Below are positions 60,953-64,000 of a stretch of DNA of 64,000 nucleotides, in pieces. The position numbers and the translations under genes are program-made. Within the stretch, counting starts at the first letter, position 1; the number at the start of each line of letters is the position of its first letter. The stretch spans positions 928,001 through 992,000 of the forward strand of contig OY969811.1 in assembly GCA_963703315.1 (NCBI GenBank). Direction: 5' to 3'. The notes under the pieces are model-generated. The model was not told the DNA's origin. It saw only the letters and a list, made by a program, of their open reading frames with translations, and made no database searches. This DNA comes from an uncultured cyanobacterium (GTDB lineage Bacteria; Cyanobacteriota; Cyanobacteriia; Pseudanabaenales; Pseudanabaenaceae).

Positions 60953-61006
60953 TTACAATCCTTAATTTATCTACAGATGCAAACAGCCTCTAATTGTATC
61001 GCACAA

Positions 61007-61930
61007 TCATTGAGAAGATTTTAATCGATTGCCTAAGCTGCGGTAATAGATTGTGCCAACGATCGCAAAAAATATGACGTAGGCGATCGCTTGTACTAGA
61101 TAAAGCTTATCGGTATAACCGAATAGGGAACTAAGAATTACCCCCGGAAACTTTTCGGCGGGGAGGACTTTACTGGTATTCCAGACCATATTGCCAAGGA
61201 TGCAGGAATGCTCACGGGCAAAATGCTCGTAATAGAAACAAATAGCTTCAGACTTGCGATCGCTTTGGGAGAGAATCCGTAAAGCCGTATCAAAATGTCC
61301 GAGGGCAGAAATTACTAGACCAGAGACAATCGATAGCAGCATAAAGCCCATAATTTTGAAAAAGGCGCGGATATTGATTTGGATACCAAATTTAAATAGG
61401 GCGATCGCGATTAAAGTAGCTGCACCAATGCCACTAATCGCTCCGAGGGCTGGCATAAATCCTTCTTGGAACTTGGCAGAAATAAATAAAACAACTTCAA
61501 AACCTTCGCGCAAAATCGCAAACAGAATTAGTCCAAAAATTCCTAAGCCTGCTTTTTTACCTTTACCTAAAACGTTATTTAACGATCCTTCGATTTCCCC
61601 CTTCATAGCCCGACTCTGTTTGGTCATCCAGATCAACATCCATGTCAGCATGGCGATCGCCGCAACACTAAATAGACCTTCGAGTAATGGCTCAAATACT
61701 GCCGATAGTTCGGGGTTGCTCGTACCAACACTTTGCATGAACAAATTAAATAGAATACCGACGATCGCACTAATTACGAGTCCAATACCAATACCTGCAA
61801 ATACCCATTTATTAAGATGCGATCGCTTAGCACGTTTGAGATATGCCATGACAATACCAATTACCAGCGCGGCTTCGACACCTTCACGCAAGGTAATCAC
61901 AAAAGTAGGAAGAGTTAAACTAAAGTCCAT
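61007..61930 (-). CDS. FTR1/EfeU-family iron permease
   Basis: two REXXE motifs (REGVE, REGFE), multiple TM helices. Confidence 0.92.
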   Translation of the reverse strand: MDFSLTLPTFVITLREGVEAALVIGIVMAYLKRAKRSHLNKWVFAGIGIGLVISAIVGILFNLFMQSVGTSNPELSAVFEPLLEGLFSVAAIAMLTWMLIWMTKQSRAMKGEIEGSLNNVLGKGKKAGLGIFGLILFAILREGFEVVLFISAKFQEGFMPALGAISGIGAATLIAIALFKFGIQINIRAFFKIMGFMLLSIVSGLVISALGHFDTALRILSQSDRKSEAICFYYEHFAREHSCILGNMVWNTSKVLPAEKFPGVILSSLFGYTDKLYLVQAIAYVIFFAIVGTIYYRSLGNRLKSSQ

Positions 61931-61998
61931 AAAGTTTTTAGATAAAAATTTTTTCTTATCCCCCTCTCCCCTAGGGAGAGAGGCTAGGGGTGAGGGTC

Positions 61999-63072
61999 TT
62001 AGGATTTTGCATAAACCTTAGCAGCAGCTTGTTCGTTGCCCTTAATCAGTTCCGACATATCCGCAACCGAAAGCACAGGTTTGTCTGGGGCGATCGCACT
62101 AGGATAGGCTGACTTGAGTTTTGCCAAACTTGCCGTGAATTGTTTATGAGATTCAGGATGTTCCTTTTCCATTGTTGACGCAATGTTTTTATACAACTGC
62201 TCGACATAAATTGTGAAACCGCGTGAATCTTGATATTCGATGATTTCTTTGATTTTGTCATTAGCGATCGCCGCCTGATATTCTGTACCCGCCGTATCGA
62301 GAATCGTATTAATCACTTGCAGTGCCAGCTTTGGTGATTGGCGTTGGGTTTCAGGAATTGCGGCGATCGCGGCATCAATACTAGCCATTGCTTCATTATA
62401 TTTCGCAGCAATACTTGGATCGGTCGGCTTAGACTTAACCAACTGCTGCAAATCCATCAACACTTGCTTAAATTCTTTGACATTACGCTCCTTCAATTGA
62501 CCTTCGACATCCGCATAAATTTCTTCCACAGGATGCTCGATGTGAGGGAGCGCTTGGTCAGGTTTTTGAAGATCCAGCAATTCCTTTGCCACAATCATGT
62601 GACCTTTCATCAAACCCAACTTAGTTAAATAGTCAACATCCTTAGCTTCACCTGTTAGCACCACAGTTTCTGTGCCAACCATATCCTTGATTTGGTCAAA
62701 CTGTGCCGCAGTTACCACCTTCTTTGTAACTAAATCTTCAGCCTTGGTATAGGGACGCGCCGCCTGAATCTTGTTAGATAAGCCCGCTATTCCTAACTTT
62801 GCTTCAACCTTATCTAGCTCCGATAGGATCGCTTCATTGATATTGATCTTATTTTTGGTATGACCACTCATGCCATCTTTGTGAGACTTACTCTTAGGCT
62901 TAGATTCACTAATCGCAACAGGTGAAGTCGGACTAGTTGCAGTTGGAGTGTTAGTACAGGCAGAGATGGCGATCGCACCAACTAAAGAGAGTATGAATAA
63001 CATCAAAAATGCTTTGGTCTTAAATAAAAACTGCACTAAAGATTTAAATAACTTGGTGATGATTGCGAGCAT
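61999..63072 (-). CDS. lipoprotein with helix-hairpin-helix domain and helical putative metal-binding domain
   Basis: ISAC lipobox; ININ.A..SELD..IQAARPY..EDLV; KGH, H.EHPVEE, EY, EYQDSRGF; alternative start 63003. Confidence 0.8.
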   Translation of the reverse strand: MLAIITKLFKSLVQFLFKTKAFLMLFILSLVGAIAISACTNTPTATSPTSPVAISESKPKSKSHKDGMSGHTKNKININEAILSELDKVEAKLGIAGLSNKIQAARPYTKAEDLVTKKVVTAAQFDQIKDMVGTETVVLTGEAKDVDYLTKLGLMKGHMIVAKELLDLQKPDQALPHIEHPVEEIYADVEGQLKERNVKEFKQVLMDLQQLVKSKPTDPSIAAKYNEAMASIDAAIAAIPETQRQSPKLALQVINTILDTAGTEYQAAIANDKIKEIIEYQDSRGFTIYVEQLYKNIASTMEKEHPESHKQFTASLAKLKSAYPSAIAPDKPVLSVADMSELIKGNEQAAAKVYAKS

Positions 63073-63112
63073 GAAGATAAATAAAAGATGAATAAATAGA
63101 TAATTGCTAGGT

Positions 63113-63178
63113 AATGCAACTAATTTGCAATAACTAATTTAAATCTATTAGAACATAAACTTGCAAATAATTTGCAAT
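63113..63178. promoter_or_regulatory. two Fur-like palindromic boxes
   Basis: TTGCAAAT-A-ATTTGCAA (63161-63177) and ATGCAACT-A-ATTTGCAA (63114-63130) upstream of the iron-uptake genes. Confidence 0.55.
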
Positions 63179-63231
63179 AAAGAACCAAATTTTTGTAGCG
63201 CGGCTTTGCCGCGCTACAAAAATTTGGTTCT

Positions 63232-64000
63232 TTACCCCGCCACTACATCAAACAACCCCATACAGCCAGCCTCCGCGATCGCATCTTGGTGCGGATGAAA
63301 CATATATTTGCCCGTAAACCGATAGGTCAACTCTAAAATATGACGCTCGGCTGTCCCCATTGTAATTACGTCGGTTTCTTCGCTAGGAGTCATGCTGCGT
63401 CCTGTGCGATAGACCTGAAACATATTGGCATGGACATGAAATGTCGCCACAGGGTCAAACTCAATCATATTAAGGACATATAGGCGCAATAACTGATTTT
63501 GCTGCACTGCGATCGGTTGTTGCATATAGAAATGAGGCAAACCATTGAAGGCATACATCTCATTACGTCCATCCCCATCAATGTCATATCCCGCCATGAT
63601 TAACACCATTTCATCGGCAGGAGGTCGCGGCGTAGGTGGATCGATAATGAACATCCCGTACAAGCCCTTACCAATATGCCGTGTTACTGGTTCCACATGA
63701 CAATGATATAAATGCACACCATAAGGCATTGCATCAAATTCATAAATAGTCGCCGCTCCATTGCGAATCGGCTTTACGCCATCCATCTCTGAGGGGTGTT
63801 CGCCATGAAAATGCAACGAGTGCGAATGTCCTCCCTGATTAGCAAAAGCAATCCTAATGCGATCGCCTTCTGTCGCTCTTAACGTCGGACCTGGTACGCG
63901 ATCATTTACATTCCAAGTAATAAAATCCGTAGAAGCATTTAACTTAACTGTTTTACTTCTAGCAGTTAGTTCAAACTCGCGCACCATGCGCCCATTTTCT
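63232..64000 (-). CDS. two-domain multicopper oxidase (5' end outside window)
   Basis: PGP.LR..EGD, HSLHFH, YHCH...H...GLYG, FHVH, FHPH; frame open to the window edge. Confidence 0.9.
   Translation of the reverse strand, partial: ENGRMVREFELTARSKTVKLNASTDFITWNVNDRVPGPTLRATEGDRIRIAFANQGGHSHSLHFHGEHPSEMDGVKPIRNGAATIYEFDAMPYGVHLYHCHVEPVTRHIGKGLYGMFIIDPPTPRPPADEMVLIMAGYDIDGDGRNEMYAFNGLPHFYMQQPIAVQQNQLLRLYVLNMIEFDPVATFHVHANMFQVYRTGRSMTPSEETDVITMGTAERHILELTYRFTGKYMFHPHQDAIAEAGCMGLFDVVAG

Noticed and set aside
61254..62021. 255-aa plus-strand ORF and similar antisense ORFs (10633-11055, 18495-18899, 55275-55727)
   Set aside because: Shadow frames opposite well-supported genes, with no motifs.

Overview
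64-kb chromosomal window from a cyanobacterium. The HIP1 octamer GCGATCGC occurs throughout, and gene content suggests a filamentous Pseudanabaena-like organism (inference). It is mostly housekeeping: hisG/hisZ, xseAB, uvrA, UDG, truB, aguB, sphR-like regulator, ndbB, menH, queA/tgt, rsmD, sigF, CC-adding tRNA nucleotidyltransferase, ureD-A-B-C, dnaG, chrA, and an FTR1/multicopper-oxidase iron-uptake locus. It also holds tRNA-Lys(CTT) and a Yfr2-type sRNA. Accessory pieces are a HIP1-free DUF262/GmrSD-like gene bracketed by a 37-bp direct repeat, three Uma2 genes (one splitting ureA and ureB), a TA-like small gene pair, a lone Trypco-type gene and a TPR-CHAT/M48/TpsB cluster. The most striking non-coding signal is a dense population of intergenic palindromes and nested MITE/REP-like elements. 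Their stems differ between copies but stay self-complementary around a conserved GC-NNN-GC apex. Other oddities are a -1 frameshift in the uvrA 3' end and a probable CTG start for tgt. All calls are by eye from motifs; no database searches were run.
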